DNA of 64,000 bases from positions 1-64,000 of the forward strand of contig CAXXUO010000002.1 in NCBI GenBank assembly GCA_963666485.2, given 5' to 3'. Shown in pieces: positions 40,781 through 49,708 of the stretch. A program made the translations under genes and the position numbers. The stretch comes from Syntrophorhabdaceae bacterium (GTDB lineage: Bacteria > Desulfobacterota > Syntrophorhabdia > Syntrophorhabdales > Syntrophorhabdaceae). The notes below the pieces were generated by a model. That model worked only from the letters and a program-made list of their open reading frames with translations. It made no database searches and had not been told where the DNA came from. The stretch's first letter is position 1, and every line of letters starts with the position of its first letter.

Positions 40781-41329
40781 ATGGAACAAAAAAGATCGCA
40801 ACCAGGGATAGGCTTCGTCATAGCCGTCGTCGTATGCGCCGTTATTGCCGTTGGATCGATCTCCGGCTATATTTATTTCAGGACAACGCCCTATTACAGC
40901 CTCCACAGGCTGAAACAGGCGATCGTTGAGCGCAATGCGCCCGAAGTCCTGAAATACCTCGATACCGATGCCATAATCGACAATATGGCCAAAGACGCGA
41001 TCGCCCAGATGGACAAGAAAAAACCCCGGGGCCGATTCGATGAGAAGATGCAGGATGCGGGTAAAGACGTCGTCCGCCAGATCGTCCCCCAGCTCAAGAA
41101 ACAGATCGGCGACTCCCTCACCGCTCTGCTCATGACCTCTAACGACGACAAGCTTTTCGCAAACCTCCGCAGGGCCACGGTGTTCGCCCTTGCCGTAGAC
41201 ATCAAGAACGGTACCGCCGAAGTCCACGAGCGGGGTAAGTCAGAGGTGAGCTTCACCATGCGCAAGGCCCCTGAGGGCCACTGGCGGATCAACTGGATCA
41301 ATTCAGATCAATTCCAGATGATCAAATAA
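40781..41329 (+). CDS. DUF2939-like membrane-anchored protein
   Basis: N-terminal TM, TPYYSLHRLKQAI, YLDTDAI, C-terminal WRI. Confidence 0.7.
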   Translation: MEQKRSQPGIGFVIAVVVCAVIAVGSISGYIYFRTTPYYSLHRLKQAIVERNAPEVLKYLDTDAIIDNMAKDAIAQMDKKKPRGRFDEKMQDAGKDVVRQIVPQLKKQIGDSLTALLMTSNDDKLFANLRRATVFALAVDIKNGTAEVHERGKSEVSFTMRKAPEGHWRINWINSDQFQMIK

Positions 41330-41333
41330 AAAC

Positions 41334-41712
41334 GGTTCCAGGTTCCACGTTCCAGGTTCCACGCTAAAAGACCCAATACGATCTCGTCATCCGTCTCCCT
41401 GACCGTCATCCATCTCTCTCGCCGTCCCCATCGTCCCCGTCATCGTCCCTCTCCTGTCGTCATCCCACTCTCCTGTCGTCATCCCTCTCTCCCGTCGTCA
41501 TCCCTCTCTCCCGTCGTCATCCCGGTGCTTGACACCGGGATCCAAGGTTTTTTTAACCGTTAGAAGCTGCATCCACGTCACCCACCCTTCGTCATTCCGC
41601 CGGCTTTTGCGGCGGAATCCAGTGTCTTAAAAAAATCATTTCAATGATCGAGCAAGCCAGGTTTTAGTAAAGAAATGTGAAAGACGCTGGATTCCGGCAA
41701 GCCGGAATGACG
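41334..41712. repeat. Composite: GTTCCAC arm, 19-bp tandem REP-head repeats, three REP-like palindromes (41515, 41590, 41681)
   Basis: Direct reading. Confidence 0.9.
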
Positions 41713-41810
41713 AGATCTTCGATATACTGCGCGGCACTATTTAGTTAATGTAAGTTATTAAAGATACGTGTTCAATGACTTAATATTATTGATGTAATTT
41801 GAATAAAGAC

Positions 41811-41839
41811 AAAAAAGCCAGCCGTAACCGGCTGGCTTT
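41811..41839 (-). terminator. Rho-independent terminator of the hdr-flx operon
   Basis: GCCAGCCG stem, 4-nt loop, T6 on the minus strand, 20 nt after the flxA stop. Confidence 0.85.
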
Positions 41840-41858
41840 GATTTTTCATGAGGCTTTT

Positions 41859-42695
41859 TTAATCGTCGGATGGAAGCTCTTTCAGTTGTTTCAGGGAGAA
41901 CACCGGGCCGTCTTTACAGATGTACTTGTGGCCGAGGTTGCAGCGGCCGCACAGGCCGATGCCGCATTTCATCCTTGCTTCGAGGGTGGTGATGATGTTC
42001 TCTTCCGGGAACTTCAGTTCCGCCAGGCCCTCGAGGACGAATTTGATCATGATCGGGGGGCCGCAGGTGATGGCTATCGTGTTGTCCGGTTTCGGGGCCT
42101 CTTCCCTCAAAACGGTGGGCACGAAACCCGTTCTTTTTTCCCATCCGGGAAATTCATTATCTACAGTGAGGATGAGGTTCACGTCAGGTCTTTCTTCCCA
42201 TTCTTTCAGTTCGTCCTTATAGCACAGGTCAGGGGGCGTCCTCGAGCCATAGATAATGGTTATATCTTTGTAATCCGCTCTGTTATCGAGCATGTAAAGG
42301 ATAAGTGTCCGAAGCGGGGCGAGACCGATACCGCCGCCGATGAAGAGGATATTCTTGCCCTTCATGAATTCGTACGGGAACCAGTTGCCGAGCGGCGCCC
42401 TGACCCCGATGACATCGCCTTCATATATTCCGTGGAGCGCGGTGGTAACCTCACCGGCCTTCATTACGCTAAACTGCAGGTAATCCATGCGGGTCGGCGG
42501 GGAATTGATAACGAAGGTAGATTCACCCACGCCGAAAACGGAGAGCTGTCCGACCTGGCCCGGCTCAAACGTGAAATTCTTCATCTTTTCGGCGTCGTTG
42601 AACACGACCTGGAAGGATTTTATGTTTGGCGTCTCGTCTATAACCTTGATAACTGTCGCCAGTTCAGGAAGGTATGGATTATGATTCCCTGTCAT
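41859..42695 (-). CDS. flxA: FAD/NAD(P)-binding flavin oxidoreductase subunit
   Basis: GGGIGLAPLR, CGPPIM, MKCGIGLCGRC..ICKDGPVF. Confidence 0.88.
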   Translation of the reverse strand: MTGNHNPYLPELATVIKVIDETPNIKSFQVVFNDAEKMKNFTFEPGQVGQLSVFGVGESTFVINSPPTRMDYLQFSVMKAGEVTTALHGIYEGDVIGVRAPLGNWFPYEFMKGKNILFIGGGIGLAPLRTLILYMLDNRADYKDITIIYGSRTPPDLCYKDELKEWEERPDVNLILTVDNEFPGWEKRTGFVPTVLREEAPKPDNTIAITCGPPIMIKFVLEGLAELKFPEENIITTLEARMKCGIGLCGRCNLGHKYICKDGPVFSLKQLKELPSDD

Positions 42696-42704
42696 CACGC
42701 ACTC

Positions 42705-43790
42705 CTAGTTCTTCGCGTCTTTTTTTTCTGCGGCCCACTGCGCGGGATCCGCCTTCGGGTCCCTGAGGTAGCCCGCTATTTCACTGATATCGACCGAAAC
42801 CGGGCAGTACCGGATGCATCTTCCGCAACCGGTGCATGCAATGGCCCCTTCGTATTTTTCCGGGTAATAGTAGAACTTGTGGCCCAGCCTGTTCCGGAAC
42901 CGTCTGTGCTTGATCGGCCGCGGGTTATGTCCGCTCGTCTCCAGGGTGAAATGCTGGAACATGCAGGAGTCCCAGGTACGGATGCGTTCGCCGGTCATGA
43001 TCGCCTGCTCGTCGGTAATGTTGAAGCAGTAGCACGTCGGGCACAGGAATGTGCAGGCGCCGCAGCTTACGCATTTATCGATGACCTGTCCCCAGAAGGC
43101 CTGGCTGTCGAAAAGTTCGGCATTGACCTTGTCACCTTTGTCCGCGAAAGGATTTCTCACCATGCCGGTCGCCTTGTCGTTGGCTTCTTTTGCCTTCGCC
43201 TCGTATGATGCGCCGTCCTGGATCATGGGAAGGGACATGACGGCCTTGCCTTTATCTGTCACGGCCTCCATGTAGTATCCGCCGTCAATTTCGGTCATCA
43301 CGACGTCCGATCCCTCTTTCGATGCCGGTCCGCCGCCCACGCCCACGCAGAAACAGCCCGCGTACGCGTTGTTGCAGCATTTCGTGATGATGGTCGTATT
43401 TTCACGTCGTTTCTGGTAGTACGGGTCAGATGCCTCGGGATTGATGAAAACCCTGTCAATGACCGTAAAACCGCGAGCATCGCAGGGGCGCCCGCCAAAA
43501 ACGACTGCCTTCGGGAAATCGAGGTCCGTTTTGAGCTCGATATCCATCTTCTGCGGGGTCGCCTCGTCCTTCTTGAACTCGAAGGTCAAAAGCGTCTCGC
43601 ACTGAGGATAAATGGCCCCCTTGGGCGGCGTGTTGGCCGGTCTGTCAAGGGCGATCTCTTTGTCAGGTGTGTACTGACGGAAGATGATCGTATCCCCTTC
43701 GAGGCTCGGAGCGTACACGGCTGCGTCTTTACCGAGTGCCTCGACGAATTCCTTTATCTTCTCTTTCGGTAGGTATCCTTTGTCAGCCAT
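42705..43790 (-). CDS. flxB: 4Fe-4S dicluster subunit (AsrA/HydB-like)
   Basis: CVSCGACTFLCPTCYCF, WDSC, CTGCGRCIRYCP. Confidence 0.85.
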   Translation of the reverse strand: MADKGYLPKEKIKEFVEALGKDAAVYAPSLEGDTIIFRQYTPDKEIALDRPANTPPKGAIYPQCETLLTFEFKKDEATPQKMDIELKTDLDFPKAVVFGGRPCDARGFTVIDRVFINPEASDPYYQKRRENTTIITKCCNNAYAGCFCVGVGGGPASKEGSDVVMTEIDGGYYMEAVTDKGKAVMSLPMIQDGASYEAKAKEANDKATGMVRNPFADKGDKVNAELFDSQAFWGQVIDKCVSCGACTFLCPTCYCFNITDEQAIMTGERIRTWDSCMFQHFTLETSGHNPRPIKHRRFRNRLGHKFYYYPEKYEGAIACTGCGRCIRYCPVSVDISEIAGYLRDPKADPAQWAAEKKDAKN

Positions 43791-44740
43791 TAGAGTTTAT
43801 GCTCCTTGATTTTCGCTTCGTCAACGTTAAACACGAACATCGGCGGTTTATCTTCGGGGTTGACTCCCGGTGTATAATCAAAGAGTTCTTTCATCTCTTT
43901 GTTTATCTTCTTTTTCAGCTTCGCGACGGGGATCTCCATCGGGCACACGCGTTCGCACTCGCCGCATTCCACGCAGCGGCCTGCAAGGTGCAGAGAGTGG
44001 ATCATGTGGAACATGAGCTTCTCGTCGAAGGAAAGCTTCTGGGTTATCCAGTGCGGGTCGCGCGTCTCGGCAATGCAGCTGTCCTGGCACACGCACATCG
44101 GGCACGCGTTCCTGCAGGCGTAACACCGGATGCACTTGTCGAACTCTTTTGCAAAGTAGGCCCAGCGCTCTTCCAGGGTCTTGCCTTCAAGTTCTGCTAT
44201 ATCAGCATAGACGCTGTCGGCCGGCTTGTCCGACTGGACGGCATCCGCTGCCATCTCATCGGCAATTATCGGCGTCGGGTACTGGCATGTCGTGCACTTG
44301 CTCGGACATACATCCTTGATGGCAATGGTCTTCTCCCCCGACGGGGTCTTGACCTTTATCGAATCGTCCGTGAAAGTGATCTCTTCGACCGCTTCGTTGT
44401 TGATGGCCTTCTGGACCTTCTTCTTGCTGATGATGCCTTTGCAGGGCATCCCGATGATCACGACATTGTTCCTGTCGATAAGGCCTTCCTGCATGTACTG
44501 GACGATGGTCCTCGAATCACAGCCTTTCACCACGACGGCAACCTTCTTCTTCTGCGAGGGAAGATAGCTTGCGAGGTTCTGGGCACAGGCGGCGTTCCAG
44601 ACGACCTTGTCGACCTGCTCAGGGGACGTGATAAAGATCGGCGTCACATTGAGCTTGTCGAAACCTTCCTGCCAGCATATGACGGTCTCAACATCGGGTA
44701 AGACCTTGGTAATGATCTCTTTCAGTTTCTGAGTACTCAA
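43790..44740 (-). CDS. flxC: 4Fe-4S dicluster subunit (FdhB C-terminal-like)
   Basis: KGCDSR, CIRCYACRNACP, HLAGRCVECGECERVCP. Confidence 0.85.
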   Translation of the reverse strand: MSTQKLKEIITKVLPDVETVICWQEGFDKLNVTPIFITSPEQVDKVVWNAACAQNLASYLPSQKKKVAVVVKGCDSRTIVQYMQEGLIDRNNVVIIGMPCKGIISKKKVQKAINNEAVEEITFTDDSIKVKTPSGEKTIAIKDVCPSKCTTCQYPTPIIADEMAADAVQSDKPADSVYADIAELEGKTLEERWAYFAKEFDKCIRCYACRNACPMCVCQDSCIAETRDPHWITQKLSFDEKLMFHMIHSLHLAGRCVECGECERVCPMEIPVAKLKKKINKEMKELFDYTPGVNPEDKPPMFVFNVDEAKIKEHKL

Positions 44741-44752
44741 AGTGCCTTCTCC

Positions 44753-45169
44753 TTACTTTTTATGCAATGGGCCAAGCGTGTGGAGCCGCGTGGTAAAATC
44801 CGTCACGACCTGCTGCCACCTCGCGCCTTCCGAGGCCGAAACCCATGTATAGTGGAATCTCTTGTCGTCGATGCCCAGGAACGGCAGGAGCCTTTTGAGC
44901 ATTTCCAGCCGGCGCCTTGCGTAGAAGTTCCCGTCGGTATAGTGGCAGTCCCTGGGGTGGCACCCGGAAACGAGGACGCCGTCAGCGCCCGTGATGAGCG
45001 CGCGCACCACAAACATCGGGTCAACACGGCCCGAGCACGGGACCCTGATGATCCTGAGGTCGGTGGGCTGTTTGAAGCGCCCGACGCCTGCTGTATCGGC
45101 CCCGCCGTAGGAACACCAGTTACAGAGAAATCCAACGACCCGCAGTTCTTTACCTGCTACTTCTGGCAT
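44753..45169 (-). CDS. flxD: MvhD-like 2Fe-2S subunit
   Basis: FLCNWCSY, PCSGRVDP, GCHPRDCHY, WVSASEG. Confidence 0.88.
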   Translation of the reverse strand: MPEVAGKELRVVGFLCNWCSYGGADTAGVGRFKQPTDLRIIRVPCSGRVDPMFVVRALITGADGVLVSGCHPRDCHYTDGNFYARRRLEMLKRLLPFLGIDDKRFHYTWVSASEGARWQQVVTDFTTRLHTLGPLHKK

Positions 45170-47118
45170 AATACATTAACCTCCGCTAAGAGCTGGTTAT
45201 CCGTGAAATGGTTCAGCTGAATGGCGCCGCACGGACAGGTGGACGTACACACGCCGCATCCTGCGCAGACCGTTTCAATGACCTTTGCGACCTTCTTGCC
45301 GCTTCTTAACGTATCTTCGACAATGGCCTGGAACGGGCATGTCTTAACGCACTTCAGACAGCCGACGCATGCATTGATATTGACATTCGCGATCGCCGGG
45401 TCGGATTCGAGCATATCTTTCGAGAAGAGCGCAAGGACCTTGGCGGCTGCCGCGGAACCCTGGCCGACCGATGCCGGGATGTCTTTCGGACCCTGGCATG
45501 CACCGGCAAGGTAGACGCCTGATGTGTTCGTCTCGACCGGCCGCAGCTTCGGGTGTGATTCAACGTAGAATCCGAAGGTGTCATAGGAGATGTGGAGCTT
45601 CTCGGCCATCTGGGCTGCGCCCGGGGCCGCTACGACGGCATTGCCGAGAACGACGAGATCGGCCTCGATCTCGACCTGCGTGCCGAGCATCGTGTCGGCA
45701 CCGCGGACCACCATCTTCTTTCCCTTCGGGTAGATCCGGGATACCCTGCCGCGGATGTACTTCGCACCGTATTCTTCCTGGGCGCGGCGGGTAAATTCAT
45801 CATAACCCTTTCCCGGTGCCCGCACGTCCATGTAGAAAACGTACGACTGGGAATCGGGGATATGGTCTTTTGTCAAGATCGCCTGCTTGGCGATGTACAT
45901 GCAGCAGAAGTTGGAGCAGTACGGAACGCCCAGGGATTTGTCCCGTGAACCCACGCAGGCTACGAAAACGATCGTCTTCGGCTCTTCATGGTCCGACGGC
46001 CTGATGATGTGGCCGGATGTCGGGCCCGACGCGTTCAGGAAACGCTCGTACTGGATACCCGTGATGACGTCGGGGTACCGGCCTGCGCCGTATTCCTTGA
46101 AATTCTCTATACCCATGAGGCCATAGCCGGTTGCCGTGATGATCGCGCCGACCTCTTCCGTGATTATCTCTTCCTGCTGTTCGTAATTGATGGCGCCGGT
46201 GGGGCACACTTTTGCGCAGACACCGCACTTGCCTTTCGTGAACTGCCGGCAGTAATTCGGGTCTATGGTTGCCTTCTTCGGGATCGCCTGCGGGAACGGG
46301 ATGTTGATGGCCCGTGTCGGCGCGGCGCCGAAGTTGAAATGGTCATACGCGTTCTTGGTCGGGCATTTTTCCATGCAAAGGCCGCAGCCGGTGCACTTCG
46401 TCCAGTCGACGTAGGGTGGTTTCTTCTTTATCTTTACCGTATAGTTTCCGACGTACCCCTTGATCTCGGCAATCTCGCTGTATGCGTGCAGCTTGATGTT
46501 CTCGTGCTGCGCCACGTCGACCATCTTGGGGCCGAGGATACAGATCGAACAGTCGACGGTCGGGAATGTCTTGTCGAGGCGCGCCATCATGCCGCCGATG
46601 GACGGGCTCTTCTCGACCATGACGACCTCAAGCCCGCCGTCTCCGCAGTCAATTGCAGCCTGCATGCCGGCCACGCCGCCGCCGATGACCAAAACCCTCT
46701 TGTTGACCTTAAATGAAGTAGAAAAGAGAGCTTTGTTCCTCTGGACCTTCGCGACAGACATCGCCACTTCCTCGATCGCCTTGTTCGTGTTGAGTTCCTT
46801 GTCAAGGCCAATCCAGGACACGTGCTCACGGATGTTCGCCTGCTCGAAGAAATAGCGGTTAAGCCCCGCCTTCATGATCGTTCTTCGGAAGGTATTCTCA
46901 TGCATACGGGGTGAACAGGCCGCGACGACGATCCTGTCGAGCTTGTGCTGCTCGATCGCGTCCGTGATCTCTTTCTGTCCCGGTTCGGAACAGGTATACA
47001 TGTAGGCGGTCGCGTACGCGACGCCGGGCATCTTCCGGGCTTCCTCGGCCACTTTCGCGACGTCAACGGTTCCCGCGATGTTGCTTCCACAATGGCAGAT
47101 AAATACTCCAACCCGCAT
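45157..47118 (-). CDS. hdrA: Heterodisulfide reductase subunit A
   Basis: GVFICHCG, ACSPRMHE, LDKTFPTVDCSIC, YCSNFCC, GPKDIP. Confidence 0.96.
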   Translation of the reverse strand: MRVGVFICHCGSNIAGTVDVAKVAEEARKMPGVAYATAYMYTCSEPGQKEITDAIEQHKLDRIVVAACSPRMHENTFRRTIMKAGLNRYFFEQANIREHVSWIGLDKELNTNKAIEEVAMSVAKVQRNKALFSTSFKVNKRVLVIGGGVAGMQAAIDCGDGGLEVVMVEKSPSIGGMMARLDKTFPTVDCSICILGPKMVDVAQHENIKLHAYSEIAEIKGYVGNYTVKIKKKPPYVDWTKCTGCGLCMEKCPTKNAYDHFNFGAAPTRAINIPFPQAIPKKATIDPNYCRQFTKGKCGVCAKVCPTGAINYEQQEEIITEEVGAIITATGYGLMGIENFKEYGAGRYPDVITGIQYERFLNASGPTSGHIIRPSDHEEPKTIVFVACVGSRDKSLGVPYCSNFCCMYIAKQAILTKDHIPDSQSYVFYMDVRAPGKGYDEFTRRAQEEYGAKYIRGRVSRIYPKGKKMVVRGADTMLGTQVEIEADLVVLGNAVVAAPGAAQMAEKLHISYDTFGFYVESHPKLRPVETNTSGVYLAGACQGPKDIPASVGQGSAAAAKVLALFSKDMLESDPAIANVNINACVGCLKCVKTCPFQAIVEDTLRSGKKVAKVIETVCAGCGVCTSTCPCGAIQLNHFTDNQLLAEVNVLCQK

Positions 47119-47131
47119 CGATCAGGTCTCC

Positions 47132-48100
47132 TTAATTAGTTGTCTCTTCCGCAGCCGGCTTCTTGGCAGCCTTCTGGGCTTTCTTCGCCGCTGCTTCTTC
47201 TTCTTTCATCTTGTCGAATTCCGCCCTGGTTATCCGTCTCGTGACCTTGTCGGCGCTGACAAAAAGTTTGTCCATGCCGAGTTCCTTCGGGGATAAACCA
47301 AAAGCGAGGCCCAAAAGCTGGGTAAAATAAATGATCGGGATGTTGTACTTCGCACCCGTCACACTGTTGATCTGGTCCTGTCGAAGATCGAGGTTCTGCT
47401 GGCACAGCGGGCAGGCGACCGCGATCGCGTTCGCGCCGGCATCGATCGCCATTTCAAGCACCTTGCCGGACAGCCTGTTGACCATCTCCCTCTGGGGGAC
47501 GCCGAAGGCTGCGCCGCAGCACTCCAGCTTGAAAGCGAAGTCGGCGACCTCGATGCCCGCGGCCTTCAGGAGGTTGTCCATGGAGACCGGGTTCTCGGGA
47601 TCGTCAAAATTTGCGATCTCGGGCGGCCGTGACAGGATGCATCCGTAGTACGGCGCGACCTTGAGATCGGGCATGATATGGGTCACTTTCGCCGCGATGG
47701 CCTCAGGCCCGATATCTTCATAGATCACCTGGAGGGATGACTTGGACTCCACACCGCAGTTGTAGGGCTCATCGAGGAGGCTGTTGACCTCTTCCTTGAA
47801 CTCTTCACTGCCGGCCATGCCGTGCTGTGCTTTCTTGAAAGCCATGAGGCATGACGGACAGGGGGTCGTGAGGACGTCCTGGTTCATCTTCTCAACGAGG
47901 GCAAGGTTGCGTGCCGCAAGAGCGGCGGCGAGCAGGTGATCGACCGTGTGGGCCGGCGTCGATCCGCAGCAGCTCCAGTCATCGGGCTCCACGAGGCCTA
48001 CATCGAGGGCCTTCATGACCGCCCGAATCGATTCATCGTACTCTTTCGCAGTACCTTCCAGCGAACAACCACAGAAATATGCGTATTCTTTCTCAGCCAT
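47132..48100 (-). CDS. hdrB: Heterodisulfide reductase subunit B
   Basis: Two CCG domains (WSCCG..PCPSC; ECCG..ACPLC), YYGC. Confidence 0.94.
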   Translation of the reverse strand: MAEKEYAYFCGCSLEGTAKEYDESIRAVMKALDVGLVEPDDWSCCGSTPAHTVDHLLAAALAARNLALVEKMNQDVLTTPCPSCLMAFKKAQHGMAGSEEFKEEVNSLLDEPYNCGVESKSSLQVIYEDIGPEAIAAKVTHIMPDLKVAPYYGCILSRPPEIANFDDPENPVSMDNLLKAAGIEVADFAFKLECCGAAFGVPQREMVNRLSGKVLEMAIDAGANAIAVACPLCQQNLDLRQDQINSVTGAKYNIPIIYFTQLLGLAFGLSPKELGMDKLFVSADKVTRRITRAEFDKMKEEEAAAKKAQKAAKKPAAEETTN

Positions 48101-48659
48101 GCTTTTTCGCCTTTTCCTGGAATCTGTTAAATATTTGAGCTACCTTGTCTGCGCCTTTTATCGATTTGGAGAACAGGCTGATCTTGCCCTTGCTCATCAC
48201 TTTCGGGCCGAGCTCAGCGTCCGCCATAAACTGTCCTGATTTCATCTTGTAGCCGAGGAGGATGCCCATCTCGAATATCCTGCCGTGTTTCTTCATGGAG
48301 TCCAGGAAGGAATCGTAGAAGAGCTGGATGTTCTTCTCGGATACCTTGCCCTCTCTGCGGGCAATGATCCTCAATGTGTCCATGATGTTGGCGACATCCA
48401 CATTGCACGGGCACCGGGTCGTGCACGTTTCACACGTGGCGCACAGCCAGATCGCCTTCGATTTGAGGATCGTCTCTTTCTGACCGGCCTGCAGGAGGCG
48501 CATCACCATGGTCACCGGGTAGTCGAAGTACTGGGTGTACGGACATCCGGCAGTACAGTTCCCGCACTGGTAGCACAGCGACGGGTTCTGGCCGCTTTCC
48601 TCTTTTACCTGTTCGATAAAAGCCCAATCAGTCTTTTCACTTAAATTGATCGTATCCAT
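48093..48659 (-). CDS. hdrC: Heterodisulfide reductase subunit C
   Basis: CYQCGNCTAGCP and WLCATCETCTTRCP. Confidence 0.94.
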   Translation of the reverse strand: MDTINLSEKTDWAFIEQVKEESGQNPSLCYQCGNCTAGCPYTQYFDYPVTMVMRLLQAGQKETILKSKAIWLCATCETCTTRCPCNVDVANIMDTLRIIARREGKVSEKNIQLFYDSFLDSMKKHGRIFEMGILLGYKMKSGQFMADAELGPKVMSKGKISLFSKSIKGADKVAQIFNRFQEKAKKHG

Positions 48660-48999
48660 TCAGATTAACCAACCTTTGCAGCCGGCAGCAGCAAGCCCTT
48701 TACCATACGTCGGATATGTGCGTGAACTGGTCAAAAACTGCCCCGGAAATTATATTCACTATAGTGAACGTGCACCGTAGTGAGTCGCGATTACCAATGC
48801 TTTTCAATGAACTTATATACCCCAAAACCTTGTGGTATTTAACACTGAATCGAAATTTCTTGTCAATAACAATTTACGCCCTGATTATTCAGAATAATGA
48901 ATGATTTCGAAGTTAACCATCGTCATCCTCTTGATAACAAAGGAACTTTTTCACAAGAGCATGTTCCTCTATTCACAAGGAAATTGTGAAAAAAAATTC

Positions 49000-49050
49000 T
49001 TGACATAATCAAACTCTTGTTTAAAATGTATGTATTAAACACTCGTTTGG
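49000..49050 (+). promoter_or_regulatory. Sigma-70 promoter overlapped by two AAAC-N4-GTTT palindromes (probable TetR operators)
   Basis: TTGACA-16 nt-TAAAAT; TCAAACTCTTGTTTAA (49009-49024) and TTAAACACTCGTTTGG (49035-49050). Confidence 0.7.
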
Positions 49051-49063
49051 CAAGGGGTTGCCG

Positions 49064-49708
49064 ATGGATGAAAAAACCAGTTCCCGGAAACGTATCCTCT
49101 GGGCGGCCGGTGAGATATTTTCCGAGACCGGCTTTCGCCAGGCTACGATCCGGCAGATATCGAAACGTGCCGGGGTAAACGTGGCCTCCATTAATTACTA
49201 CTTCCAGAGCAAGGACAACCTGTACCTCGAAACCCTGCGATACTGGAAGGATGTCGCCTTCGAAAAATACCCCCGCGAGTTCGGAATGTCCCTGTCCGAC
49301 CCTCCCGAACTGCACCTTCAAGGGTTCATCCGCTCTTTTCTCTACCGCATACTCGACTCCGGCGTAGAGTCACGCTTCGGACGCCTCATGACCAGGGAGT
49401 TCACAGATCCCACCCCGGCACTTGATGTTATACTTGAAGAAACGACGCGACCGATGTTTGCCCTGGCGGGGTCGATCATTGGCAGGATCATCGACGAGGA
49501 CCCCACGAGCGATGCCGTGTTCTACTGCACGTCGAGCATTATCGGCCAGTGCCTTTATTTCCTGTACGCCAGGCCGGTGTACCGCAGGCTGCTTGGAGAA
49601 CAGAAGGTGCGGTCCCTGACGATTGACGATATTGCAGACCATATCTGCCGTTTTTCCGTTGCTGCGCTGTCCGGGATACGGAAGGAAGAACAAGGAGATG
49701 AGGTATGA
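49064..49708 (+). CDS. TetR-family regulator (YbiH/CecR-like)
   Basis: GFRQATIRQISKRAGVNVASINYYFQSKDNLY; DUF1956-like C-terminus. Confidence 0.9.
   Translation: MDEKTSSRKRILWAAGEIFSETGFRQATIRQISKRAGVNVASINYYFQSKDNLYLETLRYWKDVAFEKYPREFGMSLSDPPELHLQGFIRSFLYRILDSGVESRFGRLMTREFTDPTPALDVILEETTRPMFALAGSIIGRIIDEDPTSDAVFYCTSSIIGQCLYFLYARPVYRRLLGEQKVRSLTIDDIADHICRFSVAALSGIRKEEQGDEV

Noticed and set aside
41385..41515. 19-bp periodic repeat as a mini-CRISPR
   Set aside because: The variable part is ~10 nt, low-complexity and near-identical between units.
44753..47118. Possible selenocysteine in HdrA/MvhD-like subunits
   Set aside because: All ligand positions are Cys and the ORFs are uninterrupted.
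48940..48998. Rex box
   Set aside because: Only half-sites; no full TTGTGAA-N4-TTCACAA.
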